The notes: generated by a model not told the origin, from the sequence alone. A DNA stretch of 63,274 nt, filler included, from Choristocarpus tenellus KU-1152 (GCA_964200185.2; 8 parts of 8 records of this genome joined end to end with filler, not necessarily neighbours in it); one strand, 5' to 3'. Positions 1 to 14,460 are shown, counted from the whole stretch's first letter. Made by a program: numbers and translations.

Positions 1-178
1 CTGCACCCCACTGCACAACGTAGTGTCCCCTCCCTCCCTCCCTCCCGCAAGCCTTGATGAATTAACTCAAGTAGATCACAGATAGCTAAGGATCCTCCAT
101 CCCACACTGGAACGACTGACAAAGCACTTTGCGGATAGCTCCCAACGTTCAAATCTCATGTTCTTGATTCCTACCCAC

Positions 179-3100
179 CTCAAGCCAAAGGCGTGCATCT
201 CCCCGTTCACCTCTCCCATAGGAGGAATCAACCCTGCAAAAAATTATATCACTGAAGATGTGCCGCTCCCAAGCATAGGCACACGCCTTAAGACAAACCT
301 GGTTGCACAGACAGTGAAAAGAAGGGAACATGATACTTGACTCAATAAGCCCTGTTCATAACCAGCAATTGTTCAGGAGCAGGGGGGAATGTGTAAGGCG
401 CACAGGGGCAAAAGGCTTCAAAAGGCTTCAGAACAAGAGCTTCATTAGTTGTTTCTATCATCAGGTTTGTAGACAATGATTGGTAACACAAGTGGTATAA
501 TGGACAATATGCAACCTTCAGTGCCTTTATCGGTGAACAGCTGCATAGTAAAAACATTACTATGAATTTCTCTCTAGATTCTTGTACAGGTGATACTTGT
601 GAGGTTGAGGGGACACCAAAAGAATCAATATTAGTCTCTCTCCCAATGATTCCTTGCATCCCTGTCACAATACAAAACGATATTGTACATAATGTCACTC
701 CCTACCCTCCTATCACCACTCTGCTTGAACACAAAAGAACCTGGAAGAGACACATTAAAAGATCAGCACCAGCTACTCCTCCATCCATGCTATACCCTTC
801 CACACACAGTCCCTCACCTGGGTTTTTCCTATACCTGCTTCACCCATGATTGTGATGCAACTGGCCCCATCCACCATATGTTGAAAAGTCTACATAGTCA
901 TGATTTCGGATCAGGTTTAATAGAGCTTTGGTCAAAATGAAAACAAAAATATGTCGTGTGGGGTAACAGGAAGTCATGTTTATGGCAACAAGGGGAGTTA
1001 TAGCACAATCACAGGCAATACAACGAAGACATAGACAAGCTTTTCGTGACCCTCAACCTATCCTCAAATGCTCTATGTACTGAAAGAGAAAATATGCCTT
1101 CCAACCTGTACACAACCAGGAAGAACGACATGCAGATAAAAAAGAACAGAAAACTTCATACAAAAATGAAGCAAAAACAAATAAATAAAATAACGTTACA
1201 AGTAACACAACCAAACAGCAGGAAAAAACAAGAAACCCCCCCCCTAAAAAATTTATAAACCCCAAACCAACTTGTCGCAAGACTAACAAGGTAAAATAAA
1301 TATGAACCCCATTTCACCACATGAAGGTGTCACAAATGCAACTATTACTGTTACTAATATACATGTTGGGAGAGGGTGGAATTCTGTAACAGCAAACAGG
1401 GCATGGCATGCAGCAATGTGATACTGATACATACACCTGAATGCAGACAATCAATTGACAACTCCTGTCCCTTCTTGGGCATACCTGCTGGACCTCAACA
1501 GCCCGCCCAAGGAAATGCTCTGTGACATCATCCAGTCCAATACTTGTGGTGCTCTGGAGTGGGGCACAGTCTACAAAGGGGCCCTCCTTGATCTTCTCAA
1601 ATAATTGTTCATCGTGAGAACCTCCCTCAGGCAGTAACCTATTGAACAACAAGAGATCAAAAGAGCATTCACTTGGTTCTATTTCAACTCCTCTCTTGAC
1701 AATATCATCCCCGCATCCTTCACAACAAGATCTTAACAAATTTAGTATACAGCATGAGGTGTCGTTCATGTACCTCCATCATCACAAACAAAAAAAGCAT
1801 CCCAGGTTGATGGAAAAGTGTTTGGAACAGTCTTTTCTTCGTTGGAGTAATACCACAGTAACCATCTCTGATCACTGACCTTCACCCCAAACTCAACCCC
1901 TAAGCATACCCTTGTTGCACAAGCACACACCAATAAGCACCTTCCAAATGTCTACTACGTAGTAATATAATTGTCAATGTAATACTTCTTATACCTCTTG
2001 GTGACGACCTACATTGTCTCCCCCCCCCCATATGATGGTTATGATACTTCAATGCGGTAAGAATTTTCCCAGAAACTCACACAAACTTCTCGCCCTCCTG
2101 ACAGCCCGAGCAGACCAGGCTATTACCACCAATTAAGAACGCCTGATTAACAGTGTCCCCTCTCAGCAGAGCGACATAGAAACTCTTAGCAAACTCATGG
2201 GCCTTCTCTCAGAAGTGATCAAAAAACACGAGTGCAGCGAGGATGGGGAGAGAGAGCTTGTGAGGGTGACAGGTATGCTAAGGGCGTGAGCTATTCACAG
2301 AGCGCTTGCATTGGAGTGGTCTTAGTATGACTGTTAAGTAATGTGCACAACATGACACACTATGGGTGCAGAGGGTCTCAGCAATACTCATGCCTGCACC
2401 CTCCCATTGTCCAACTTGTCCCTTGGGTGAGGCCCTGGTTGAGGTTGTAGACCTTATCCTAAGCGATGTGTTGGTGTCACTGCCAGGCCACGACTGCCCC
2501 TCAGCACCATGTTGCTGTTCAGCCACGCAGTATTGGGGAACTGGGGTAAGTGCAACTGGCATATGGAGGAAAAAGAAAAGCATGCATCACTTCCTCACCT
2601 TTTGGTCGATGACCTTTTCTCCCTTCTTCACACTAACCACGTGGCCAACACCCTGAATGAACAGGGAGAACAGTGGATACAAGTTGTGCCATCAAGAAAA
2701 AGGATTCAAAATGGTGACGAACAGCATCAATCTTCAAGGAAACGCTCGTGATAGGTAGTCTTTGGCATCCATCCACACATACATCAAGAAAAATAGTGCT
2801 CAGGGATCTGGGCATAAAAAAACTTCATTTACTTCGTTTGAAATTACCGCAAGGAGATGGGAGCTGTGTGACACACCAGGATCCCTGAGATCCCGACCTA
2901 ACCTATCCATTCTATTCCAGCCTCAGTAGTAGAAGGGGTGCGTACATCAGTTGACATCAAATAGTTGATTGGCCAACAACCAACCCCCACTCATGCCCAG
3001 ATGATCCTTCCCTAATGTATCAATTGTAGTCCCATCGACAAATTGTGCTACTAGTATGTCATGATAGCAGGTTTTTCTGACACGTTGGCCACAGTATGCC

Positions 3101-3859
3101 GCCTGTACTAGCACTCACCGCAGCGATGAAACAGTTTGCCACGCTCTCTGAATGGCATGCACTAAGGAACACTAGGCGGAGGCCTGAATGGTGTGGCGGG
3201 ATGGGTGATTCCACGCTTTCACCAAGATTCCGAAAAAGATACTCCCGGTGGCACTTAAGCATCTGTAGGAGATCTTTTTCATTGGCGTACTCCAGCTGAC
3301 CACTGCGACTCTCGAAAGTTAGTTTACCCTCTTCACCGTGTCCTGTGTAATGAAGGATGCGGCAGTCTCGTCCAGATCCTCCCGCGACAGAGCCGACCGC
3401 TCTCCTAAATGATTGGGTGTTTGCTGCCTCAGAGATAAATGTTACTCTTTTTTCTGCTTCTGAAAGGGTCTTGATCAAAGTATCACGCTCTCCCTGATTA
3501 CTCAGCTCTTCGACAGGCTTATCAACGTTAGTCAGAGGGGCGGAGAAGAGATGAGTGAACAGGACCCTAGGCTCTCCGTCGTTATTTGGAGAAAGCGGCA
3601 TGCCCACAGCCTTGACAAGAAACGAGGGTAAACAGGCACGTTTGGGTGTTGAGGTGTGCGTGCGACCTTGAAAAGGTCTGCGGCCAGCACGAAAATAGGT
3701 GCAATAGTGACCTGTTTAAGAAAGACCAAGGTTGGTACAAAGCTTGAAGTATACCATATGTGGAAGGGTCATAATGCGACGAACTACATGCGCAATGGAA
3801 CAGTTGTTCTCACCTGGTCAAGAGGTTTAACGTCAGAGAAAGGGGCAGACTCGACCATC
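179..3859 (-). CDS. Multi-exon CHAT (caspase-like, HetF/separase clan) protease domain followed by a STAND-type P-loop NTPase; 3' end runs off the window start
   Basis: GT-AG exons with compatible phases: 3610-3119, 2652-2599, 2202-2081, 1638-1485, 889-818, 298-179; 3859-3814 and 3711-3667 are tentative. Spliced protein has ILHYTGHG and VFLSACHS (His/Cys dyad), GVGHVVSV, AHEFAKSFYVALLRGDTVNQAF, then FLGRAVEVQQ and Walker A ITIMGEAGIGKT. Confidence 0.85.
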
Positions 3860-5221
3860 CTGAATAAACACAGTAAAGGTTAGTGACGGCTAGCTGCAGC
3901 AAAAACTCGAGCAGGACTGTGTACAAACATCAGGCAATCGACGTGAACGGCACGGACCCTGATGTCTTTCCAAGGGCATGGGCAAGAGTTGGAAATGTTG
4001 TGCTAGGAAATCCGGTGCATGGTTATGTACTGGCAGAGAAATACACGGAAATGATACCTGTTGGCCTCTCAGATTTAGCACTAGTATGTATACCTGTTTG
4101 CTGATTTCATTTTTAAGGTTATCTTCTATTTTATTTTTTGACTACTTCATTTAGTATTTGGAATGGTGGGATATCTTCCACAGATAAATGAAAGATAAAA
4201 CTAAAACTATTATAGAAATGTGTTGGTCATTACATCCTACATTAACTCACAAGATCAGATATGACACGGATTTTGTTTTTCCTTCATATTCCTCATCTAA
4301 TAATTAATACCGGTTTTTAAGGGGCTACATATACGTGATGGGTGGAACTAAAGATAACAAAATATAATAAATAATGTACGTCATGTTCCATTGTTTGTGA
4401 TGGACTTGAACATCACTAGAACAATGAAGAACATTACTATTATTTATCACTATTATCTATAAATAGGTGGTTGGTCACTCCTTCAAATTGATACAATTCA
4501 GACAGGATATTATGTAGGATCCACCTCACCACAAAATACCACCCCTGCACGCTTCCTCTCACCTATACGTGATATCACCTACACCCACACCCACACCCAC
4601 ACACCCCCATTGCTACGCCGCCCGCTCCCGCCCCCCCCACCGTCCTCGTCTCAGTTTACAGGCAAACACTACGAGTGAGTCGTACGATATCTATCACCTG
4701 GCATCGGTTTGGCATCAAGTGAAATCATCATAGAGAGGGCGCTACTGGCACATTCTCTATCACAAGAACATGCCACCCCACAATCCTGAGAGAGAAGATT
4801 ACCTCCATAGTGGTTGAGGGTTGAGGAAGTCCACCCAAATTTGAGAACTTGGATTGAGGGCCTTAATACCTATCATATATAGTATAGATATTTTTAGTAC
4901 TTTTCAATCAAGAATAGTAGAAGGTACTATAATAGTACATCTTGTGATAATAGTACTATTTACTTCGAGGTTCGACCAGAAAATAAGTGGTATGTCCAAT
5001 TATAGAAAGGAATGAGTAGTAGATCAGCAAAAGTATCCCATTTTTAGTATGTAGAGACTGCCAACAAGGAGGAACAAGAAGTGTACAAATATTAATTGTG
5101 AATAAGAAATATACTTGTAATCAATACTATGATACAGGTCGGCATAAAAAAAACATATATTTTTACCCACCCAAGCCAAGCTCATCAGACCTGGGTGGGG
5201 GAATGATCTTAGCATGACAAC

Positions 5222-5487
5222 GGGTCAAACCAACTGAGAAGTAGGTAGGGTTGCATTTCAAGGATCCAGAGAATGGGTAAAGAGATGCCATTTGGTAAAG
5301 TCGCAGAAAGACACATTGCTGAATGATGGTGTCTTTGTGTGTGGAAAGGGATATCAATATCAATCTTGCATACACTATTTTACACATAATAAAAGTAATT
5401 GAACAGAGAACATTGTATAGGGAAAGAAAGATGGCTTAGAATACAAAAAAGGGTCAAAACCTGCCTACCTCTCGATTGGTTTGACTC
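5222..5487. mobile_element. MITE family C (266 bp, ~28-bp TIRs)
   Basis: Left GGGTCAAACCAACTGAGAAGTAGGTAGG versus reverse complement of right end GAGTCAAACCAATCGAGAGGTAGGCAGG. Diverged copies at ~18190-18407 and 9173-9252. No clean TSD. Confidence 0.75.
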
Positions 5488-7939
5488 AATTTTATGGTCG
5501 GGATATCTCCACCATCATCAGAGCAATTCATTCGATTAAATCATTTTTTATATTCCCAATTTGTGTATATAATTAGAACAAGGGTGGTGATACCTACCTA
5601 CCTAAATGCATATATATATATATAGTATGGTGATATGTAACACATACCTACACTTGAACGCACATCCTCTCGACCCCAAATAAGTACAGTATTAAAACAA
5701 TATTAGCACTACACAGTATTGTATCAGGATATTTTCTCAGGAGATAAATCAAGGTTTGTGGCGATCACCAGGCCCCTCGTGAAATGACAGGTTTTACCAC
5801 CTTTGAACTTTCAAAATCAGTAATACCACACCCTTACTACTTTCTTATTATACCTTGCCAAAGATAGAGGCATCCCGCAACCCTCCCACAACTAAATATT
5901 ATCTGTGTTTACCTGCAACCTGCCCAACACAAGTTCAAAACAAAGGGTAGTAGTAATCGGATTCCTCATCATGAATTGTAGACTTTGTTTGACCATGAAT
6001 GGTAGCAATTTGTCAACCACGGCGCTCTTGTTGTGTCAAAACAACCTTAGGAGGGAGTCTCCCTGTTGCTGCCACTGTGCAGCCAACCAAGGCCTGACAG
6101 TTATGGAATGGTGGGACTTGCGGTGCGTTTTTGTTTTGTTTTTTTCAGTCGACGTCCAGAAGGTGCAAGTAACCCTACCAAACCCACCACCTTGAGAGCT
6201 CCAGGCGGGGATATTTGAGGTGTACCACTCCATTAGCAGCATACTGTCTAGGAAAAGTTAATATAGAATTGGTAGAGTTGGTGCAGGAATTGTGACAGAG
6301 CCGTCCATGTGCTTGAAAGGAGTTTGTGAATGTCCAGCTTCCTGGTGAGGGCCAGTGTGCAGTGGGTAAGTGTCATGCTGTGGCCCAAAAAGGTCTCAAC
6401 TGGCGAGGGGCCCTGCTGGAGGAAATTCTTTTTGGGAGAACACTTACTAGTTCCGTCTTGTAATCTTTTCCTGAAGAAACAGGGGGATACACTGAGATGA
6501 GATGGAGCTCTTTTTTTTCTTGTTAAAAACACGAGTTTTCTGTCCTGTGAGGTGAAACCAACCCCATACGACACGAAACCCACAGCAGTACAACATTTTC
6601 TACAAAAAATATTTTAAAATATTGGTATCTTGTTATTTTTACTCTCCATTTGTTGCAAGACAGGGGTATCCTGGTGTGCAATGATGCTATTTCTTACTAC
6701 TAATATTACAGTGTTAAAACAAACACGAGATAACTCCGCTGTACAAACATTAAAAGCGTGTACAGTAGGCTTGATGTTTAGTGGGTGGTAAGGTATGACT
6801 CATACGATATGTTTGGAATTTGACGTAACAATACAGTACACGCCTAAAATGGGAAACAGATTTTGGAGAGATACTTTTCACATTTACAACAGCTGTTACT
6901 TTTATATGTAGGGGTTCTTATGATATTGAATTGTCTCTTCCCCTCACACATAAGCAAAATGTTAGACGCCAAAGTAATATCATTTCCAAGCTTGAAGTGA
7001 GTGTTTGGAGTATATATAGGTGGTATTCAAATAATAAAAAAGTGACTTTAGAGAGATATCTTACGCTTACTACAACTCTTGCTTGTAGATGTTTTCGGGG
7101 ATCCTTGTGATACATCGGTTTGGGCTTTTCCCTGACCCATCTGAAACGTCCAGAGGGCAAAATAGTATAATGCTGAGTAAAATATTTCTTAGTATATGTA
7201 CACCGAAAATCAAGAAATATTTGTGTTGTGAATGGAAAAGAGAATTTAGGAGTGGAAGTGTCTCAAATCGACTAGAAATTTTGTCCATGCACGTGATTAT
7301 AATCCAATCGTGAGAGAAGCGCACTAGATGGTGCATACTCGTCAAATAGTGCGCACAAAAGGAAAATAAGTTTTAAAACGCTCACCATTCATTTGCCTTG
7401 TGGTGAGACTTGGAATTGTTTTATTTTGTTGATTTCTCTCTCTCCCTCCCCCCCTCCCACTCTGGTATGGACAAGTAAATAAAAAAGGATCAGTCCATGA
7501 CTGTAAAAGGAAAGGACCATGTGATCCAACCACAATAATCGCTGACCTTTCTACTCACTGAAAGGGTTACACAGGATGTTGGTTTGAAACTACAACATAA
7601 CACTGTCGCTCCAACACAATGACCCGAGGTCTCAAGCAAGCAAGATTTTCTTCCCTTGAACATACTGCAAAGCGGCAGGAACAAAGATTATCACAATCAC
7701 CTTATTGGTCTTTTTTGGGTGGATTCAAACGAACACAATATAGATGATATGCCAAACACCTACGATAACAATAAGCGTACCGAAAAACTTTGAAAACGAG
7801 TCAGAGAAGGATGAAGCACCCAATCTGTGACCAGGATCCAAGGGGAGCATCACCTTCGCGACCAAGCAACAACAGTCGGAAATATTGCTGTGTTGCTGAG
7901 TCCAGGAATCGCAGGAGGAACATTTGTTGCATTGTGTAG

Positions 7940-9170
7940 ACCAGGTCCAAACATGCAGCCACCAGCAGCAGAGAGTTGCACTTACACTGAACAGTGGAGA
8001 GGATACATGTGCAATACTAATATATATTTTGGAACAAGAAACAATATAATTTCAACATGTATCCACCTCATCTACCTTATTTCCCGTCCTGCTGTTGTTC
8101 CGTTCAATTCGTGAAGTGCTACTCAGTAGGACCACAAACTGCAAGCAAGTATGGTACTCAATAGCCAATACCACACACTAATCTAGTTGTTGCAAGAGCA
8201 GTATTTAGCTTGCTGAGTTGATCCAAAGATATACCTAATATTCAATGTGTAAGGATATAGCCAGTCATGCCTCAATCGGTCAAAACTCTTTAGATACTTG
8301 TGATAGATCGTGTCACCTGCCCATGAAACAGTGTCCACAATACATGTATAACAACACAATGAGTTACACTATTTGCGGCAACGTATCATGTATACAACAA
8401 TGACAATTGTTGGAGGTGCTTGTGTGTGCACCTCTTTGATGTTTTGTGAGACAAGTCAACGATGATATTCATGATGATTATGGAGTGTGGATCCAAAGGT
8501 AGTATAATGTACCCATTGTGCCAGGTGGAAGATTTTGCTGATCAACAGGTGTACCACTCTAACTCCATGTACCACTCCCCGTATATCACTGATGGAGGAC
8601 TGGGCCATCAATGAGCTCATTACAATAGGGAATACGAAGAAGAAAAAACTGCTTTCGGCTAGAGCTGTGCTGGTGGCGTCATCAGTGCATATACGATCAA
8701 CAATGAATTGAAACTCACCTGACTCTTGGTGTATACATAGATCTATCAGCGGCCTGATTGGTGCTACGCTCAATTAAGTGAAGGCTTATGGATCTACCCC
8801 CACCCTTGCTTCACATTCTTCTACAACAGCAGTTACAGCAGTACCAGCTTTAGCACAGAATTAGATACTATAATGGTAATGCACCAAATATCTTGTCTGT
8901 TCTCTTCGGAGTCATTTTAAACCAATTTTCCTTGATGTTTCCAAATTCTCAGTGCCCAACCCGAAATTACACCTCCCAACTAACCGCAACATGGGGTTGT
9001 AATCTGCAAATGGTCACCAACGTAATACAACCAAACTTGCCACCTTTAGTAGTATCATAGCATACAATAGTCGCTTCTTCATTTCATGCGAAATTTGAGT
9101 AAGGAGTAGAGAGGGCCCTCTGGGTTTTTCATCACAGTGTACCGCCAGTGACATCCAGAAACAGGCACAC
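7940..9170 (-). pseudogene. Decayed MULE/FAR1-like transposase with SWIM-like remnant
   Basis: Frameshifted minus-strand fragments in MULE order: EFGNI..., RICTDDA, VHLL...IFHL, HKYLKSFDRLRHDWLYPYT...FGSTQQA, then VQCKC. Many stops. Confidence 0.45.
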
Positions 9171-9172
9171 TT

Positions 9173-9252
9173 GAGGCAAATCAATTGAGAGGTGGGCAAG
9201 GTTTGGAGCCCTTTGCATTTCAAACCATCTTTTCCCACCCTGTGCAATACAC
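9173..9252. mobile_element. MITE family C, partial inverted copy at contig end
   Basis: Reverse complement AAAGATGGTTTGAAATGCAAAGGGCTCCAAACCTTGCCCACCTCTCAATTGATTTGCCTC matches the right ends of the 5487 and 18407 copies. Confidence 0.7.
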
Positions 9253-9352
9253 NNNNNNNNNNNNNNNNNNNNNNNNNNNNNNNNNNNNNNNNNNNNTTAA
9301 TTAATTAANNNNNNNNNNNNNNNNNNNNNNNNNNNNNNNNNNNNNNNNNNNN
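9253..9352. other. Artificial contig-joining linker
   Basis: 44 N + TTAATTAATTAA (stop in all six frames) + 44 N. Identical at 7 places. Confidence 0.97.
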
Positions 9353-9631
9353 ATCCCGGTCAATTTTGGGTCAAGCCCATCCTCAATGAAAAGCTCCATC
9401 CTCAATTTTTGAAATCGGCTGTTACTTGTCTCTCTCTTTGACCTTGTCTCCTGTGGGTCTTTCCACTCCCCTTCATTAGGAAGAACCTGTTGGCTTGTTT
9501 CCATCTGTTTCACAGTGGCGACGACGGCAATCATTCTGAAGTGGGAGAGGACTTTTACAGTACTTTGAGGGAAACTCTGAGTATATTGCCTGTACTTTGA
9601 GCACCACATATTATATGCCACATCATTCTGA

Positions 9632-9802
9632 GGCTCAAAGTATCTGGGGCGGGTGGCGGCTGTCCACTAGGAACCAATTTTTTCCTGTCGCGATTTTTGG
9701 GTTATTATATGGTTCCATACGTTGGATGGATAATGAAAGTGCACGTTTCCTGGTTTATGGACACTTTGGTGTAGACCCCTCCCCCCCCAGATACTTTGGG
9801 TC
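9632..9802. mobile_element. MITE family B (171 bp, ~18-bp TIRs), complete copy
   Basis: GGCTCAAAGTATCTGGGG ... CCCCAGATACTTTGGGTC. The same terminus recurs at 21201, 45072, 49171 and 60190, each next to a contig break. Confidence 0.8.
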
Positions 9803-11019
9803 TAATTGGCATATAGTTCGATCAAGGAGAAGACAGAGTACGTTCCAGACTATCGCAAATCGTTTTCAGAGCTTCATTCATCTATTGCCGCCATTTCACG
9901 GCCAAGATCCCTTATCATATAAAGTTACTCTGGAAGATGGGAGAAAACTTTGGTTCACAAATCATCCGGGATATTTGAGGAAACTGATTTCCGAGTGGTG
10001 AATCAGCGGGTAGTTCAACAATTAATTGATGTCGGCGGATAATCACCCGCTTAGTCAAAATCCCTTACTGCTAACCTCTCCTGTTACCCAGACTGCTCAC
10101 GTACCCTCCACAACGTCTCTCACAACTCCGCCAGCACCATCTTCCACACCATCGGTGACGTCGTCAACTGGAGACCTGTGTATAAACTTGATCAATGATG
10201 AGTTAAGGGCTGCAGTGGAGGAGAAATTTCCTCTAAACATGGACCTCATCCGGAACTTGGAGGGACAAGACGGATGTAAGGCAATCCCCTCCAATTGCCC
10301 CCAAGCAATACTGCTTTTTTGCCGAAAATGTCATTAGCAAATTTTCCTAAAGATATGCGCCTTCCCCCGACTACAACTAATCTACCGACTCTTCTGACAA
10401 GTTTCCGTATGTATGCATGTAACACTTCAACTTCATGATTAGCAACGTGACCAGTATTTTTACTATACTATAATGACCAATTTTTACTATACTTCTTAGC
10501 TTTTTTTTGCTTCATCAATTTTTCTTTGTTTTTCTTCTTCCGATACTTATACTCTTCCTGTCGACGTTTTACTCCCTTCGACGCCCCTACGTGGTCGCAA
10601 ACAGAAATTCAAAAACCACCAATAATGGGCGTGGCGTCTTGATTATATCGATGTATATGCCGGGGGCACCAGTACGAGTATCTGAAGAAGATAAACAGAA
10701 AAAAATTGATGGGGCCCAGAAGATAGTAACCCCTGTAGTTCTTTTGGGTCTGAAATCGAGTCTACTGAAAGAGTCGAAGAGGTTGTAAAACGAACGAAAC
10801 ATTATTCATTTTCTGTAGCATTGGTTCCACAAGCACAGTATTTTCCTCAACATATCCAGAATAAACATGCTTCACTACCAATTTTTCCTTTAGGTGCATA
10901 TCAGAACTCTAATAATAAAAATACTTCCCATGGTATTCCAGTGCATTGTCACATTACGCATCTCTTCCTTTGTGTATGAAATCATCCAAATGAATACGTG
11001 TGGAGGGAAAAATTAATTC

Positions 11020-14000
11020 TGAACCAGCCACATTGACCTTGGACACTGCGAGTGATGTACCATGTATTTCTCACAATTTCTACTTTCCCACTGTACGCTC
11101 CAGAATTCCCATAATGAACCAATTCCACCAGGTGAAATCAACCTTTGTTCTGCAGATGGCAGTGCTTTGACCATCATGAAGCTTATCAAGTTTTCTCTTT
11201 AATTAGGTGATATTACAATCCCAGTTGAAGCTTTAGTGTTGCCCACTATAGGACCTGATGGTGTTCTTCTTGATAACAATGTCCTTGATGCTTTTGGAGA
11301 AACATATGGATGGAAAACTCAAAGGTTATCATTCCAAAAAGGTGCCACTGTCATGCCTGCCGTTCATCATACTACCCCTTCTTCTAATAGGTCATCTCCC
11401 GTTCAAATACCAGTCCCCAGAATCAGAAACGCTTGTACCTGTAGTAAGTGATGAAACCCCCTCTGATACTTGTGATGCTGTTTTAGAACCATGTATCTGT
11501 TCATTTCATGATAATGATCCATTAAATGCCAACGATCCTTGGCAATTTAGTGCTGTTGCTTGAACAGTTATGTGGGATTCTGATGATGGGTCAGGGGTAG
11601 TACAAATTGCTAATATGTCTCCACTAGCAGTTCATTTACCAAAGAATACTCTACTTGGTCACATCTACCCTGCAGATATAGTCAACACCAGACACTTTTA
11701 TACTAATATCTGCAACATCTCTATCCAGGTCTGAGCGAATGCGCCTTGACAATGCGTTGCAACCTGCTTTCGTCAACACCACTTTCTCGTCACCCGAAAT
11801 ACAAGAAGCACTAAATCTTTGTGCCAAATTCCGTTCAGTATTTTCCCTCGACATCTCTGAATTGGGAACTTACACAATTGCTGAAGCCGATTTCCCTCTC
11901 GAACCACATACGATACCTATTTGTTGGGCACCATATCGTACCAATTCACATGTTAGAGGGTATTATTGATAAATGTGTTGAAGATCTACAAAACCAAGGA
12001 CTACTTGAAGCTCGTTCTAGCCCATGGGGTTCCCCTGTTACTATCGTTGCCAAAGCAGATGGGACCCCAAGATTCTGCATTGATTATCAACGGACCATAA
12101 ATAAGCACCTAATTAAATGTTCTTGGCCCATGCCTTTAGCTGAAGAGCACCTTGATTCCATTTGTGCAGCAAAATTTCTGTTACAGATGTTCAATCAGAA
12201 TATCATCAAATTGCTGTGTGGTGGAAGCAGACATTGACAAGACTACTTTTGTCACCCTTAAAGGCAAGTTTGTATGGAAACGACTTCCTTTTGGTTTGAG
12301 CAATGCTCCATTTATTTGTCAATGCATGATGGCTCGAGCTCTATCTGATTTTAGTACGGGGTCAGGTCTGCTATGTTACATGGATGATCTCATTCTTTGT
12401 TCTGTCACTTGGGATCATCATATATACTTTGCTTGAAAAGCTTTTTATGGCCCTTCAAAATGCTGGCCTTACTTTAATAACATTCTAAATTAAAGTTTGG
12501 TCCACCAGAAGTTGAATACCTTGGTCATATTGTTTCTAGTGCAGAGGTATGTATTGGAAAAGCTCGAATTCAAGCTATTGTTGACCTTCTCACTCCCCTT
12601 GAATAATCAAGGACATCCGTTCTATCATTTGTATGTGCAAATTTTGTCCAAAGTTCATCTCCCACATTATACAGACCTGACAGAATCCCTTCTAAAATGC
12701 ACACATACAGATTTTATAGAATGTCCTTCTGGCGAAATAGGAAAAGCATGGACATCAGTTCATGATAACAGATTGGAAAAAATTTAAGCGGCATTAACAT
12801 CAGCACCTCTTTTACATTACCCTAATTTTTCAAAATCTTTAGTAGTTATATGTGGATGGTTCAATCTTAGACAGCGATGGTTTTCTTGCTCAAAAAACGC
12901 CAGATGATCCAACGAACACCTCACTTCATATTGTGGTTTACTTTAGCAAGAAAGTTGATGGAGCACAACTAAATTATTCAGCCACATATATAGAATGTTT
13001 AGCAGGTGGCTTGGGTCCATACTCCATGGTCCTTTACCAACACGGACTTATTGTAGTGTTACAGCCAACTAGTTTATGTGAACTGCTTCTATGCATTTGG
13101 ACTATCCAAAAGGGCATGTTTTATTTGTTGTAGATGCGGTGTAAAATTTGTAGCTGTGGTCCATTCCATTAACCACTGCCGTCCATATCTTTGGGGTCGA
13201 CATTTTGATTTATTCACAGACCATGCGGCACTCAGATAGATATGTTTATTACATGCAAGACACAGATAATATGTCGACACGTTGGGCTCTTGCCCTCCAA
13301 TATTTCGACTTTACAGTTCATCCTAAACTAGGCAGAGACAATGTTGGACCTGATTCCCTCCCTCGCCTCTTTGATACTGAGATTTATCGTATGCCGAAAG
13401 TACTTGCTCCTATTTGCAGGAATATTCCAGAAAAAACAATGTCAAGTATTGTAACCCTCATGTCAAGCGTACGAAATATATCCAGATGGCCTTACGAATT
13501 AGATATAATTCAGAGTGACCGTGAACGTTTCAGTAGGTCAGTGAACATCTTTCCAACTTTGGACAACACCAAAATTCGTACAGCACAAATGAATCAATTT
13601 TATTTTTATTTTTCGTATATAGAAGCCCCCAATTCAGTGTCTTCACCTCCCCGTGAATCGAGGTATAGCATTTCATATTTTTATGTTGATGCTGACACTA
13701 ACTTGCTTTGCCGATAATATTTTCCAGGGCATATACGCAACACGGTGCTTTTCATGGTCAATTAGTGGTTCCCAAAAGAATTGCAATCTTTGGTTTTACA
13801 TGCTTGCCATGATCATCCCGCTTTGGGAGGTCACTTCGGTCTTTCTCATACTCTTGACAAGGTACGAGGCCGGTATTGGAGGCCCATGTTTCAGAAAAAT
13901 GTTAGAGAATGGTGTGAGAGATGTCAACTTTGCCAAAAAAGACGAAAAACTCATCTCAAACGTCCTACATTAGTACCTCAAGGACAAATTTCTGTCACTC

Positions 14001-14460
14001 GACGATTCGAACGGAGTGCTGTTGATCTTGTACAGTATAAAACCATTTCCCGTGGATGCCGGTATGTTCTTTCGGCTATTTATCAGTTAACACGCTTCTT
14101 TGCTTTTCTCATTCCCATTCCAAACAAACAAAAAGTGACCATCGCCAAAGCTTGTTTAAAACAATATTTTCAATATTTGGGGCACCCGAAATCATTCTGA
14201 CAAGGGTTCGGAATTTGAAAATTATCTTGTTCTGGAATTGCAGACAGTGTTTGGGTGACATAAAACTCATACCGCACCCTAGAGACCACAGGGTAACTCT
14301 GTTTTCAAGCTTTCTATTCTACTCTGCATCAAATGTTATTTATGTACAGTAACATAGCAGAGAATAATTGGGTGAATGTTGTTCCATTCCTTCAATTGGC
14401 TCACAATACGGCATATAATACTACGTAACAAGAAACACTTTTTTTCCTGCTTTTTGAACG
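11020..14460 (+). mobile_element. Degenerate Ty3/Gypsy pol (PR-RT-RNaseH-IN)
   Basis: Protease TLTLDTAS (~11030); RT SSPWGSPVTIVAKADGTPRFCIDY, RLPFGLSNAP, YMDD; RNase H YFSKK...NYSATYIECLA, LFTDHAAL, RWALALQYFDF; integrase HDHPALGGHFG...CERCQLC and AVDLV. Gypsy domain order; many frameshifts and stops. Confidence 0.95.

Noticed and set aside
5900-7900. Short ORFs as a host gene
   Set aside because: No consistent splice phases or recognisable motifs could be built; probably decayed repeat DNA.
9253-9352. Recurrent TTAATTAATTAA palindrome as a biological site
   Set aside because: Always centred in exactly 44+44 Ns; it is a synthetic six-frame-stop linker.
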